Assembly: GCA_031414595.1 (NCBI GenBank) | Contig: JANNVX010000039.1 | Span: forward strand, 1-46,164 | From: Deinococcales bacterium | GTDB taxonomy: Bacteria; Deinococcota; Deinococci; Deinococcales; JAAFIG01 | DNA: 46,164 nucleotides | Direction of reading: 5' to 3' | Part shown: positions 10,217-20,475 of the stretch, one piece after another | Layout of the letters: every line of letters starts with the position of its first letter | Position numbering within the stretch: position 1 is the first letter of the stretch | Program-made: the position numbers and the translations under genes | The notes under the pieces: model-generated | Told to the model about the DNA's origin: nothing | Database searches by the model: none | Seen by the model: only the letters and a program-made list of their open reading frames with translations

Positions 10217-11455
10217 TTATTTCTTGTTAATTGCGGCTTTGATTTGGTCAACACCCTTGCCGAGCAAGCTGGCTGCGTCTGCATTTTGGGTCTTGATAAT
10301 CAGGTTCTGAGCGTCGCCCCAAGGTCCCCAGACTTGACCCATTTCTGGGATGTTTGGCATTGGGATGCCTTTGGCAATGGCTGCGCCGAATCCGGCTGCC
10401 ACTGGGTCTTTGCCGAGTTGACGAACTGCACTCTTAGAAATTGGCAAGCGTCCACCAATTTTGTTGAGGCTGATTTGGTTGGCATTGCTGACGAGAAATT
10501 TGGCAAATTCCGAGGTAACTGGTTTTTGTTTGCTGTAGGCGTTCATCACCAGTCCGCGCACACCGAGGAAAGGTTGGAAGTCTTGGGTTGCACCGGTTGG
10601 GCGTGGTGGCAAACCAATTCCGTAATCAATTTTGGCTTTTTTGATGTCTGCCATTTTCCAAGGTCCGTTGAGCCACATGGCTAAGTTGCCCTTGAGGAAC
10701 AAATCGGTTTGCAGACCATCGTCTTCTGCACCTTCTGGAATCAATTTGTGCTTAAAGCGCAAATCGGCAAGCAGTTGTGCGGCTTTAACAGCCCCAGCGT
10801 TGGCTAAACCAATGTCAGCAGTGTTGTAGCTGCCGTCTTTGTTCTTCCCAAAGACATAACCGCCGAAAGCACGGTAGAAGCCGTGTTGGTGGTATTGAAT
10901 ACCGATTGGGCTTAGGTAGCCAAATTGTTGTTTTTCGGCGTTGGTCAGGTTCTGAGCCACTTTGATGAACTCATCCCAAGTTTTTGGAATACCGCCGGGC
11001 AAGAGTTTTTTGTTGTAAATAATGGCAACTGCTTCGCCCCACATTGGAATACCGAAGGTACGACCTTTGTAGTTAAAGGCATCCAAGCTGCTTTCAGCAA
11101 CATCAGCTTTGAAAGCCACAGATAGGTACTTGTCCATTGGCTCGAGAACACCAGCGCTGGCAAATTGTCCAACTTGGTCGTGTGGAATGGTGGCAATCAG
11201 GTCTGGACCTTCGCCTTTAGGAGCGCTTTGAATAAACTTGTCGCGGTTTTCACCGAGCGGTACAGCCACAATCTCGAGTTTTGCGCCTTTGGCTTGTGGG
11301 GTTTTTTCAAAGGCATCGGCGGCTGCCGAGAACCATTTGAGTTCTTCGGTCGCAAAATCTGTCCAGATAACGAGTTTGCCTTGACCACTGACTGTTGATG
11401 CACCTGCGGCAAGCGCAAGGCTAAGTACGGCTACTGCTGCTGCTACTTTTTTCAT
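10217..11455 (-). CDS. malE: Maltose/maltodextrin-type ABC substrate-binding protein
   Basis: Start ATG 11455 (MKKVAAAV, GGAGG RBS); GEGPDL, NGPW, PFLGV, MPNIPEMGQVW motifs. Confidence 0.85.
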   Translation of the reverse strand: MKKVAAAVAVLSLALAAGASTVSGQGKLVIWTDFATEELKWFSAAADAFEKTPQAKGAKLEIVAVPLGENRDKFIQSAPKGEGPDLIATIPHDQVGQFASAGVLEPMDKYLSVAFKADVAESSLDAFNYKGRTFGIPMWGEAVAIIYNKKLLPGGIPKTWDEFIKVAQNLTNAEKQQFGYLSPIGIQYHQHGFYRAFGGYVFGKNKDGSYNTADIGLANAGAVKAAQLLADLRFKHKLIPEGAEDDGLQTDLFLKGNLAMWLNGPWKMADIKKAKIDYGIGLPPRPTGATQDFQPFLGVRGLVMNAYSKQKPVTSEFAKFLVSNANQISLNKIGGRLPISKSAVRQLGKDPVAAGFGAAIAKGIPMPNIPEMGQVWGPWGDAQNLIIKTQNADAASLLGKGVDQIKAAINKK

Positions 11456-11631
11456 CTTCACTTCCTCCGTGGGCGTGAACCAGTGTACTCGATTTGGTAG
11501 CGCTTCCATGACTGAAAGTACACAAAAACACATCTGATGCGAGAATCTACTGGCTGTTTGCCTAATAAAGATGCTAACACAAGATTTTAAGAAGTGGAAG
11601 AGTTTAATAGCGAATTTTATGAACAAAGTGT

Positions 11632-14600
11632 TTAGAACACCAATCGCAAGGTGACTATCTGAAAAGGTGTAAGGTACAATTTGAGACTTTGACCATCCAC
11701 CTCGAGTTCGGTTTGATTTTCCTCGAGCAGATGACAAATATAAGCAGTTTGAAGCGCAAAAGCTGTCTCCAAATCCACCCAGCCCCGAGAGCGGTTGCAT
11801 TCAAAAAAGCGCACAATAAAGCCATGACTATCGTCGGCTTGCTTAATCGTCTCGAGGATGATGTTGTTGTTGATGCTCGAGACCAAAGACTTGAGTGGTT
11901 TGGCTGCTTGGCTCGAGCCGTGACGAACCAAAATCGGGTCATTCAGTTCATAGGCTGCCCCTGACATTTCCCATTCAGTGGGGTAAGTGCTTGGCACAAG
12001 GGCATAGCAAAAACGCTGTTCCCCTTGGTCGGCTTCAGGGTCTGGCGAAGTTGGCGAACGCAACAACGACAATCTCATCACATTGCCTTCTATATCATGC
12101 CCATACTTGGAATCGTTGACCAGCCCCACGCCATAACCACTTTCTGAAAGCATCACCCATTTTTGAGCGCAAGTTTCAAACCGCGCCCAATCCCAAGAGG
12201 TGTTGCGGTGGGTCGGGCGCTCGACACTGCCCCACTGAATTTCAAAGGTGGCTTTGGGCGACAACACATCGACTGGAAAAGCCACTTTTAAGAGCGTGTG
12301 CCGTTCACGCCAATCCATCACGGTTTCAAAATGCAAGGTTTTGCTCCAACGGGTCAAAGAGATGCGTTGGGTATAACGGCTTCCGAGAATCTGGCGTTCA
12401 ATCTCGAGCATTACCCGCAAAGCCCCAGTCTCGAGAATGCGAATGGTACTGGCTGGCTGTGCTAAAAACATCTTATCGTCATAAAAAATATCAATGTCCC
12501 ACGCATCCCACATTAAAGGACGGTCTTCAAAGGCTTGGAATTGGTTTGCCACAGCCCCATGCGGTAACACTTCGCGCTTTGCCTCTTTATCAAAAATCCG
12601 CATAATGTCGCCAGAGTCGTTCAGTTCAACCCGCAATAAATCGTTCTCAAGCAGATTTTTCTCGATTCGTAACGAGCCGTATGGCGTGTCCGAAACCTCA
12701 TCCGAGAACTGCAAGGCTCGAGCGCTGTAGGGCAGTAGAGCAGACTCGCAAGCAATCAACGTGCCATGCTCGAGTTCTTGGGTGTGAATGTGCTGCCCAA
12801 AGCTCTTGCCATTTGGTAATTTGCCATCCCAGAATGCCAAGCTGCCATGTAAAAACCCAGTAGGATTGACCAGAACCACATCGCCGCCGACTTGGGACTT
12901 GACCACCTCGAGTGCCGATTCGAGAACATTAGACCCCAAGCGCTTAATTTCTTGGTACTGCTCGAGTGATTCTTTGTAAACTGCGCCTATGCTGCTGCCC
13001 GGAATGATGTCGTGAAACTGATTTAAGCACAGCAACCGCCAAGCCTGCTCAAGAATGTCGTGAGGGTACAAAAAACTTGGCTCGAGCAAACTGGCATAGG
13101 TCGCCAGAAATTCGGCATCGTGCAGTAAAAATTCACACCTTCGGTTAGCGAGTTTATTGCGTGCCTGACTGGTGTATGTGCCTCGGTGAATCTCGAGGTA
13201 AAGTTCGGCATTCCAAGTCGGTAATTTGTCACCGCTTTCAGACTCGAGTTTTCTAAAAAAATCAATCACCTTGCCTTGGCGCACTTTTGGCACAGCCGGA
13301 AAGGAGCGCAGCACTTGGGCATTCTCGAGCATTTCGCGGGTTGGTCCACCGCCACCATCGCCGTAACCGTAACTCATCAGCATGGTTTTTTGGACGGCTT
13401 TGTGTTTCAGTTTTGCCCATGAACCCAATGCCCCAAAAGCGTTCAGTTGGGCGTTGTAGGTTGCATAATTTTTCATATCGGGTGTGGTTGGTTCACCACT
13501 CCAAGGGGTATCGGGCGTGGTGCTAAAATGGGTCAAGACCTTTGTGCCGTCCAAGCCCTGCCACCAAAACGAATCAAACGGCAATTGATTGACCTGATTC
13601 CAACCGATTTTGATTGTAAAAAAATACTCGAGACCGGCTTGTTTGATTAACTGCGGTAAATTCCAAGCGTAGCCAAAAACATCTGGCAGCCACAGCACAG
13701 GCGATTCTGTGCCAGCGCCAAAATGTTTGGCAAAAAACTTGCGCCCGAGTTTCAGTTGCCGCGCCAAGGATTCGCCGCCCGAGATGTTGCAATCGGCTTC
13801 GACCCACATCCTACCGATAATTTCCCAGCGCCCTTCTTGCACTTTTTCTTTGATTGCTTTGAATAGTGCGGGGTCATCCTCGAGCGCGTACTGGTAAAGT
13901 TGGGGCTGACTTTGGGTAAATTTATAATCAGGAAACTGCTCCATCAAGCGCAGCACATTCCAAAAAGTGCGCCGTAATTTCTGGCGCGTCTGCCCAAGTG
14001 TCCACAACCAAGCCACATCAATATGGGCATGACCAGCGGCAATCACTTCTAGCTCGAGCGGTGCGCCACAAGCTGCCACCGCCGTTTTGAGTGTTTTGAG
14101 GGCATTTGGCACACTTTGATAGAAATCATCCTCAAACGGCTCTCGAGTCTCTAGTAGCAAAAAAGCCGTATCAAGGGCGTTATAGAGTAAATTTTTAACA
14201 GGGTTGATTTCCTCCAATAAATTCGCGGTTTGCAGTGCAGTCCGTGCCAGTGCCACAAAATTTCTTGTGGCTTGGTCAATTCGCACCAGTGCATACTCGC
14301 CCATAAAAATCTGTCTGCCAGATTCGCCACCCATTGCCCCAAGTGTGCCAGTCCAACCGTGCAGCACTAGCCGATGCGCTGCCCCAGAAGTCAGTTCTCG
14401 GGTCAGCATAACTTCTTGGTGATGCCTGTCGGTGGTGGCAAATGGTTTGCTATCCACATAAACCAGCGCTTCAGCATGACTGAATTCGCCAGCCTCACTT
14501 AGTGGCAAAAAAAGCGCGATTGGTGCGCTCGAGCCAAAGTGCTTTGGCACGGCAAACACACCACGCAGTACAAAATTGATGTCTTGCCCACCCCAATAAG

Positions 14601-14778
14601 AACGCGGCGGAATCGGTGTGCCAAGTGTGTCTGCCTCGAGTATCGGTAACTCGAGTTCAGATTCGAGTTTTTCAAACAACAACGGCTCGAGTGGTTGGCG
14701 CTGACGGTACACCAAGTTGGAGACCAACTCAAGCCGCGCTAAGATTTTCTTGGCGGTCATACGAACGTCGTGATTCAT
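11632..14778 (-). CDS. Alpha-mannosidase, glycoside hydrolase family 38
   Basis: GHAHIDVAWLW, WLPDVFGY, GYGDGGGGPT, ELYLEIHRGTYTSQ, NQFHDIIPGSSI. Confidence 0.95.
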   Translation of the reverse strand: MNHDVRMTAKKILARLELVSNLVYRQRQPLEPLLFEKLESELELPILEADTLGTPIPPRSYWGGQDINFVLRGVFAVPKHFGSSAPIALFLPLSEAGEFSHAEALVYVDSKPFATTDRHHQEVMLTRELTSGAAHRLVLHGWTGTLGAMGGESGRQIFMGEYALVRIDQATRNFVALARTALQTANLLEEINPVKNLLYNALDTAFLLLETREPFEDDFYQSVPNALKTLKTAVAACGAPLELEVIAAGHAHIDVAWLWTLGQTRQKLRRTFWNVLRLMEQFPDYKFTQSQPQLYQYALEDDPALFKAIKEKVQEGRWEIIGRMWVEADCNISGGESLARQLKLGRKFFAKHFGAGTESPVLWLPDVFGYAWNLPQLIKQAGLEYFFTIKIGWNQVNQLPFDSFWWQGLDGTKVLTHFSTTPDTPWSGEPTTPDMKNYATYNAQLNAFGALGSWAKLKHKAVQKTMLMSYGYGDGGGGPTREMLENAQVLRSFPAVPKVRQGKVIDFFRKLESESGDKLPTWNAELYLEIHRGTYTSQARNKLANRRCEFLLHDAEFLATYASLLEPSFLYPHDILEQAWRLLCLNQFHDIIPGSSIGAVYKESLEQYQEIKRLGSNVLESALEVVKSQVGGDVVLVNPTGFLHGSLAFWDGKLPNGKSFGQHIHTQELEHGTLIACESALLPYSARALQFSDEVSDTPYGSLRIEKNLLENDLLRVELNDSGDIMRIFDKEAKREVLPHGAVANQFQAFEDRPLMWDAWDIDIFYDDKMFLAQPASTIRILETGALRVMLEIERQILGSRYTQRISLTRWSKTLHFETVMDWRERHTLLKVAFPVDVLSPKATFEIQWGSVERPTHRNTSWDWARFETCAQKWVMLSESGYGVGLVNDSKYGHDIEGNVMRLSLLRSPTSPDPEADQGEQRFCYALVPSTYPTEWEMSGAAYELNDPILVRHGSSQAAKPLKSLVSSINNNIILETIKQADDSHGFIVRFFECNRSRGWVDLETAFALQTAYICHLLEENQTELEVDGQSLKLYLTPFQIVTLRLVF

Positions 14779-14787
14779 GGATGTAGT

Positions 14788-15609
14788 TTAAGCCAAACTC
14801 GAGTAGACCACAGGATTGATCGGGCTGGCAGCCAAATCGCCAGGTTGTAAACCGGGCAACCATTGGGCGAGGTCGTTCTCGCGGTTTTTATTGTCTGGAA
14901 CAGCTACCCGAGCGTTCTCATCTATATAAATGACGGTCATCACTTTACGGCAAAAGGTTGCCGATGGGTTTGGCGGTGCCATGTGCAGCACCCAACCGCT
15001 ATGAAAGGTGGCATCGCCAGCCTTCATGCCGCCAAAGGTTTTGATGCGCCAATTTCGTTCTGTGACCATTTGGGCAAATTGGGTTTGGGCAGCATCGCCA
15101 ATCGGAATATCGCCCAAGTAGCCTTGATGATGTGAGCCAAGTGCAAAACTCAGTGTGCCAATCTCGGGTGCGACATCTAAGAGTGGCATCCACATGGTGA
15201 TGGTTTTATCGGTCTCAAAGGGCCAATAATGCTGGTCTTGATGCCACGGGGTTAAACCGCCGCCGGGTTCTTTGTACAAGGCTTGGTCATGGTAAATCCG
15301 CACCCCCGATACGCCCATCAGTTCGGCTGCGACTTTGGCAAAACGCTTGGCGAGGCTATAGCGCCGCACGGCTTGGTCTTGCAACCACAGATTCATCGTT
15401 TGCAAAAATGCCATGCCGTAAGTATCGCGGTCTTTTAAGGCTCGAGTCTCGGTGTTAAAACGTGCCACAGCCTCGTTAATCACCAAGCGGTAGGCAGTGA
15501 TTTCATCAAAGCTGGCAAGCCCGCGCACCAATGCCACCGCATCGGCTTGGTAACTCGAGATGGTTTCTAAACTTAAAGTATAAGGGCTGTCAAGGTCGGG
15601 TAAATTCAT
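14788..15609 (-). CDS. Phytanoyl-CoA dioxygenase (PhyH) family 2OG-Fe(II) oxygenase
   Basis: HDQALYKEPGG, TPWHQD, GDATFHSGWVLHMAPPN; start ATG 15609 with AGGAG RBS. Confidence 0.9.
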   Translation of the reverse strand: MNLPDLDSPYTLSLETISSYQADAVALVRGLASFDEITAYRLVINEAVARFNTETRALKDRDTYGMAFLQTMNLWLQDQAVRRYSLAKRFAKVAAELMGVSGVRIYHDQALYKEPGGGLTPWHQDQHYWPFETDKTITMWMPLLDVAPEIGTLSFALGSHHQGYLGDIPIGDAAQTQFAQMVTERNWRIKTFGGMKAGDATFHSGWVLHMAPPNPSATFCRKVMTVIYIDENARVAVPDNKNRENDLAQWLPGLQPGDLAASPINPVVYSSLA

Positions 15610-15697
15610 AGGTTTTCTCCTTTTTGGGTATTCTAAAGACTGGTTACTCGAGAATTCTTCTGTTGTTTTCTTGTTTTTTTCCTGTATCCTAAGAAAA

Positions 15698-16558
15698 GTG
15701 TATCCAAAGAACACGCCAGACCAAGACATCCAAACCGAGCCATCCTCGAGTTTGCTGGGCTGGTATGGGCAACCGTGGGAAGTCAAACAACTGCACCGCC
15801 ACAACGACATCGAACTCAATTTTGTTGCCAAGGGCGAAATCCAGTATTTGTTGGCTGGGCAAATCCAGCGTGTTAGTGCCAATCAATTGCTGATTTTTTG
15901 GGCTGTCACGCCGCATCGTCTTGTGTATTGCAGCCCAGATACCGAACTTGGGGTGGTTCATTTGCCTTTGTTCGAGTTTCTGCGTTGGAACATTGGTAAT
16001 CTTCAACACCAGTTACTACAAACCAAATGGCTGCTCGGACAAGACCCAGACCCCAGTTTTGACCAAAAACTCTTTTGGCGTTGGGCAAAAGAACTGCAAA
16101 CCAGCCAAACCCCGCAAGTCCATCAAGCCCCACTCGAGCAGCACACGATTATTTTGCTCGAACTCGAGGCTCGGTTGCGTCGCCAAGCCCGCACTTTGCA
16201 AACGCCCCTGGTTGAATTGCCGTCATCCAGTCGTACACCAATTTTGGTACAACAACTTGCCCAAATCATTGCAGAACGGCACGACCAACCTTTGCCACTC
16301 AATCGGCTGCTCGAGGGCGTAGAGATACACACCAATTACGCAATGAATCTGTTTCAAAAACACTTTGGTTTGTCCATGCACCAATACCTTGTGCAACACC
16401 GTATTGCCCATGCCCAAAGGCTTTTGATTACCACTCGGCAGAGTATTCTGGATTGCGCCCTCGATTCTGGTTTTGGTAGCCAGAGTCAATTTTACCAAGC
16501 CTTCAAAGAACACACTGGGTATACCCCAAAGCAGTACCGCAAAACTTTTGCACGATAA
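15698..16558 (+). CDS. AraC/MelR-family transcriptional regulator
   Basis: Cupin HRHNDIELN, FWAVTPH, C-terminal ALDSGFGSQSQFYQAFK...TPKQYR; divergent from phyH-GH38. Confidence 0.9.
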   Translation: MYPKNTPDQDIQTEPSSSLLGWYGQPWEVKQLHRHNDIELNFVAKGEIQYLLAGQIQRVSANQLLIFWAVTPHRLVYCSPDTELGVVHLPLFEFLRWNIGNLQHQLLQTKWLLGQDPDPSFDQKLFWRWAKELQTSQTPQVHQAPLEQHTIILLELEARLRRQARTLQTPLVELPSSSRTPILVQQLAQIIAERHDQPLPLNRLLEGVEIHTNYAMNLFQKHFGLSMHQYLVQHRIAHAQRLLITTRQSILDCALDSGFGSQSQFYQAFKEHTGYTPKQYRKTFAR

Positions 16559-16759
16559 GGATTTGGGACTTAATAATTTCCTGATTTCAAATTCAGTTAG
16601 GACACCAAGAATACGCAATTGGTCACAGGGCGGATACGGGGGTCCGCCCCTACCTGACGTATTTTTGTGAATTTTGTAGGGACAGACCCCTGTGTCTGTC
16701 CTGCGTGAAAATGATATTTCATCGTTTTCAAATTAGGAAATTATTGCTTACCAAATCCT
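16558..16759. mobile_element. ~200 bp non-autonomous element: imperfect ~35-bp terminal inverted repeats around a GTAG-REP doublet (REPIN/MITE-like)
   Basis: Left end AGGATTTGGGACTTAATAATTTCCTGATTTCAAA; reverse complement of right end AGGATTTGGTAAGCAATAATTTCCTAATTTGAAA. Inner REP hairpins at 16626-16653 (minus) and 16676-16703 (plus). Confidence 0.65.
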
Positions 16760-16763
16760 CAGT

Positions 16764-17666
16764 CTATTTCTGACCAAGCACCAAACGCCGTGCAGTCTCG
16801 AGAAAACCAGAATCCATCGAATTGTCCTGCATGTCCCACGCAAGCATCAGTAGAACCCGAACTCGTAAATAATTGGTCACTCGAGCCGTGCTGCACGGCA
16901 ATATTTGATTGTACCCACGCAAAAAAATCTCGAGGTGGTTAGCTGCAAATGGCTGGCAATCATCACGCAAACAAGCTCTGGCAATATCGTACTCTGAATG
17001 TGCGAGGGTTGGTTCATCAAAATCTATGATACCGACTTTTTCGCCATCCCAAATCGCATTGGCTGGACGAAAATCTCCATGACAAATAATCAATTCTTTT
17101 TCGGGTAAGGCTGCCAACCAACGGGTTAATTCTTGATAGACGCTAAACAACTCTGCATCTGGCTCGAGGGTGGCTTTGACGTTGCGCCAGAAATTCGCCA
17201 AGTAAAACCGCTCTGGTAAAAAATCTCCATTCGGTGTTTTGGTCATGGCTGGCACGTAACTTGAACTTGCCAAATGCAGTTTGCCTAATGCCACACCCCA
17301 TGCCTCGAGTTGAATAGAGGAGAGGTCATTACCAAGCCCAACGCCTCTGATGCTACGCCACGCGACTGCAAACCAAACTGTGTCAATTTCCTCAATCAAA
17401 AAACCATTTTTAGACTCGAGTGCCGTCGTTACATCTGCGCCATGTGCCGCTAAGTGCCGCGCCCAGTCAATCCCAGATGCCAGTTGAAGCTCGTCGCGCT
17501 GCTCACAATGAATCAAACGCAAAAACACTGTTTCAGAGCCACGCAGACCACGATAAACCGCGTTGGCACTGCGCCCAATCAACTCGAGATTGTTAATATC
17601 CCAACGCTGTGCGGCTCGAGTCGCTAGTGCAGGAGAAATCATTCTTAAGGTACTTGCCCAACTCAT
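16764..17666 (-). CDS. APH / type II homoserine kinase-like phosphotransferase
   Basis: ICHGDFRPAN and IIDFDE motifs; N-terminal SANAVYR. Confidence 0.85.
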   Translation of the reverse strand: MSWASTLRMISPALATRAAQRWDINNLELIGRSANAVYRGLRGSETVFLRLIHCEQRDELQLASGIDWARHLAAHGADVTTALESKNGFLIEEIDTVWFAVAWRSIRGVGLGNDLSSIQLEAWGVALGKLHLASSSYVPAMTKTPNGDFLPERFYLANFWRNVKATLEPDAELFSVYQELTRWLAALPEKELIICHGDFRPANAIWDGEKVGIIDFDEPTLAHSEYDIARACLRDDCQPFAANHLEIFLRGYNQILPCSTARVTNYLRVRVLLMLAWDMQDNSMDSGFLETARRLVLGQK

Positions 17667-17919
17667 GAATACAGAATCTACAGCAAAATCACATTGCAAT
17701 TCAAACTCCGAGTTGTGCGAAATCTATTTTTACAGTTCAGTACAACAAAAACAGTAAAAATCAAACGAATGATGATTTGTGTTAAAACTCGAGAAATCAT
17801 GTTTGGAACACAAGAAAATTGATTGTATAGCCAAAGGGGTTATTCGCAATAAACCTAATCCAAAAACTTGCTACAATGCACGGAACTCGAGAAGTTCTGC
17901 TCGAGACGGAGGACTTAGT

Positions 17920-18618
17920 ATGTCAGGTTTGTTGTTAATGGCAGTGATATTCGGCATGGGGATGCTCGGACAATGGTATTTAAGCAGCACTTTTCGTAAA
18001 TACCAACAGGTTCATAATTCTAAAGACCTCACTGGCGCAGAAGTCGCTCGTGATATTCTCGATGCACACGGACTGCAACACGTCAAAGTTGAAGGCACAC
18101 CGGGGCAACTGACCGACCATTACGACCCAATGTCGAAAACCGTGCGTTTGTCTGAACCCAACTATGCCAGCCCAAGTCTGGCTGCTTTGGCAGTGGCGGC
18201 TCACGAAGTTGGACACGCCATTCAAGATGCAAAAATGTATGCCCCACTGGTGATGCGAGCTAGACTTGCCGCTCCACTTGGCGCAGTGGCTAATCTTGGC
18301 AATATGGCACTGATGGCTGGTGCAATGATGTTCTTTATCGGTGGTGCTGGTGGATTTGGCACAACACTCTTAACCATTGGTGTGATTGGTTTAGCTGCTG
18401 TTCTGATTTTTCATCTGGTCACCTTGCCAGTAGAATTTGATGCCAGCAACCGCGCCTTGGCACTGCTCGAGACCAACGGGTACTTAAGCCGTGAAGAAAA
18501 CGCAGGCGCAAGAAAGGTGCTAAATGCCGCCGCCATGACTTATGTGATTGCGGCTGTGGCGAGCGCCTTGCAACTCTTGTACTACCTAAACATGTTACGT
18601 GGTGGCAGCGACGAATAA
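17920..18618 (+). CDS. Membrane zinc metallopeptidase, YugP-like
   Basis: LTDHYDP, AAHEVGHAIQ, TLPVEFDASNRAL, AAAMTYV; GGAGG RBS before ATG 17920. Confidence 0.92.
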   Translation: MSGLLLMAVIFGMGMLGQWYLSSTFRKYQQVHNSKDLTGAEVARDILDAHGLQHVKVEGTPGQLTDHYDPMSKTVRLSEPNYASPSLAALAVAAHEVGHAIQDAKMYAPLVMRARLAAPLGAVANLGNMALMAGAMMFFIGGAGGFGTTLLTIGVIGLAAVLIFHLVTLPVEFDASNRALALLETNGYLSREENAGARKVLNAAAMTYVIAAVASALQLLYYLNMLRGGSDE

Positions 18619-18636
18619 GTAATTTATTTAATGCAG

Positions 18637-18666
18637 AACGAACCCTATTTGGGGTTCGTTTTTTTT
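18637..18666 (+). terminator. Rho-independent terminator
   Basis: AACGAACCC-TATTTG-GGGTTCGTT followed by a T run. Confidence 0.85.
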
Positions 18667-18845
18667 AGTCTCGAGAACACAGTTTTTTTAGTTCGTGCCT
18701 AATTTAGCTTTGCTTGGTATTCTGGTCTTTCGTTGTCAAAATTGGCTTGGTGATTGCGCTGCTACCCATCTGCTACAGTTGTATTGCCTTTGCTCATGAC
18801 CCAATTGTACACCATGCCCCTCAAAACCCTGTGTTAGATTTGCTT

Positions 18846-19328
18846 ATGACCGATGCCCTCCTTGGTGAACTGACCGATGTTCTAAACGGACTTTATGCAC
18901 CAAATCGTGTTTGGCAGGGTAAAATTCAAACACAAATTCTCAAGCATCCTCTACAGGTGCAATTCAACGGTACAGACAACACAGGTTTAACCCCTGAACT
19001 CGAGGAGAGCCTAAGAACTTTTCTCGAGCAGCAAAAAGAATATAAGCAACTAGCCCTGAGTGCCTTGCTCGAGTATTACCAAACGCAAATTCTTCCTCTG
19101 TGGCGTGAAAATAATTACTTTGGAGTACCAGAACTCGCCCCATATATTGAGAGTATTGTCGAACTCGAGGCGCTGCTGACGTATCCGCGTCTTTGGTTGC
19201 ACAATGCCAATTCTTGGGGTCTCGAGTTTGAATGCACTTGGGATGTTGAACACGGGGCTGGGGTCTTGTTTGTGGATGGTCATGTGGTTAATGCTGGTTT
19301 AGCTGAGGCTGTCGCTGCTATGAGCTAA
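18846..19328 (+). CDS. Hypothetical protein, DUF6985/DUF2004-like
   Basis: C-terminal GLEFECTWDVEHGAGV motif; TAGATT 5 nt before ATG 18846. Confidence 0.65.
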   Translation: MTDALLGELTDVLNGLYAPNRVWQGKIQTQILKHPLQVQFNGTDNTGLTPELEESLRTFLEQQKEYKQLALSALLEYYQTQILPLWRENNYFGVPELAPYIESIVELEALLTYPRLWLHNANSWGLEFECTWDVEHGAGVLFVDGHVVNAGLAEAVAAMS

Positions 19329-19357
19329 ATACTGTTATGTTCCAAGGGTTGTCTAAT

Positions 19358-20449
19358 TCAGAAAAAATTAGCGATTGAATTAATATAAGCGCTCTGAGCC
19401 TTTAAGCACAATTCTTTTTGACTTTTAACTTTGATACTCCTCCTACGAGCATCATCAAAAAAACCTTCCAGTTTTGCAGACATTTCTGATATTGGTTCTC
19501 CACCTATAATTTCGTCGCTCACCATTAAAACATTCGCATAATTTTGTAGGGCGTAAAACAGGTTATCATCCATAGTAAGCGGAATTGATGCAGGAAAATA
19601 ATTGCCGGAACTTTGCATCGAAAATTGAAAACTAGCATTGCAGGTCGAAAAAATATCTACGTCCCCCAAACCTCGCAACTCACCATTTTTCTTCAAGAAC
19701 AAAACTTTACGCAAACTATAATTGTCTGGCGGTTCATATTTTTTGGCGACCTCAAGATTATTATTTGGATTGTTCGCTAATTTAAAAGCTATGTGGTCTC
19801 GAAAAAATAACCTAACAATGGAGGGGTCAAAGTATTTTGTCATTATCGTTTTGTTAAGTAAATACTCGGCAGCAGAGATAGGAGGGGCTTCAAAACTACC
19901 ATCATTTTTTAGCACACCATCTATTCCATTTGGCGATCTAATGAAGTCAAAATCCCACTCCTGCAATGAAATATTTTGGAGTTCACATTTGATTAATTCC
20001 GTATCAAACCGAATAATTTCAAACAAACTCTTAGCTGTTTCAAATTTGGGAATATCTTCATCAAACCGAATTTCTATTTGTAGTTCAGTCTCCAAAAGTA
20101 AAAGCAATTTCTGAAATTGCTTCCAGTGTTCGGACAATGAACCTGACACCTGATTCCGATGAAATTCATAAAAAACTACTGGGCGTATCAATAAATTTGC
20201 ATGGAAATGTTTTTGTGCTTTGAAGTAATCAAAGTAGCAGAGTATTGCAAGAATACCTTCTGAGAAACTACCCCTTGCAATATCTTCCAAACGCATTAGA
20301 ATATTTGAATCTAGCACCATGCGAAAAGGCTCTCTTAAAGAAAGTGCTGAGAATTCTTGATCGAATAGCATTGATAAATTCTTAAAAAAGCGTTGCCGTT
20401 GTTTATCTGGCAGCTTGTGAAATTCTTTTGCGATTTTTTCAATATTCAT
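19358..20449 (-). CDS. AT-rich PIN-like domain protein, probably horizontally acquired
   Basis: PIN-type acidic pattern VLDSNIL / PVVFYEF / GLGDVDI / LTMDDNL; visibly low GC; no CTCGAG found. Confidence 0.6.
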   Translation of the reverse strand: MNIEKIAKEFHKLPDKQRQRFFKNLSMLFDQEFSALSLREPFRMVLDSNILMRLEDIARGSFSEGILAILCYFDYFKAQKHFHANLLIRPVVFYEFHRNQVSGSLSEHWKQFQKLLLLLETELQIEIRFDEDIPKFETAKSLFEIIRFDTELIKCELQNISLQEWDFDFIRSPNGIDGVLKNDGSFEAPPISAAEYLLNKTIMTKYFDPSIVRLFFRDHIAFKLANNPNNNLEVAKKYEPPDNYSLRKVLFLKKNGELRGLGDVDIFSTCNASFQFSMQSSGNYFPASIPLTMDDNLFYALQNYANVLMVSDEIIGGEPISEMSAKLEGFFDDARRRSIKVKSQKELCLKAQSAYINSIANFF

Positions 20450-20475
20450 ACCTAAGCATCCTATTGGTTAAATTT

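Noticed and set aside
11456-11800. Long N-terminal extensions in the ORF track (malE; also phyH to 15882, higB to 30729, regulator 1 from 25938, bcp from 37799, peptidase from 17779)
   Set aside because: They overlap neighbouring genes or promoters; RBS or -10 positions and family N-termini support the shorter starts.
17746-17765. CAAAAACAGTAAAAATCAAA resembling 26021-26040
   Set aside because: A-rich, low-complexity similarity that is plausible by chance.
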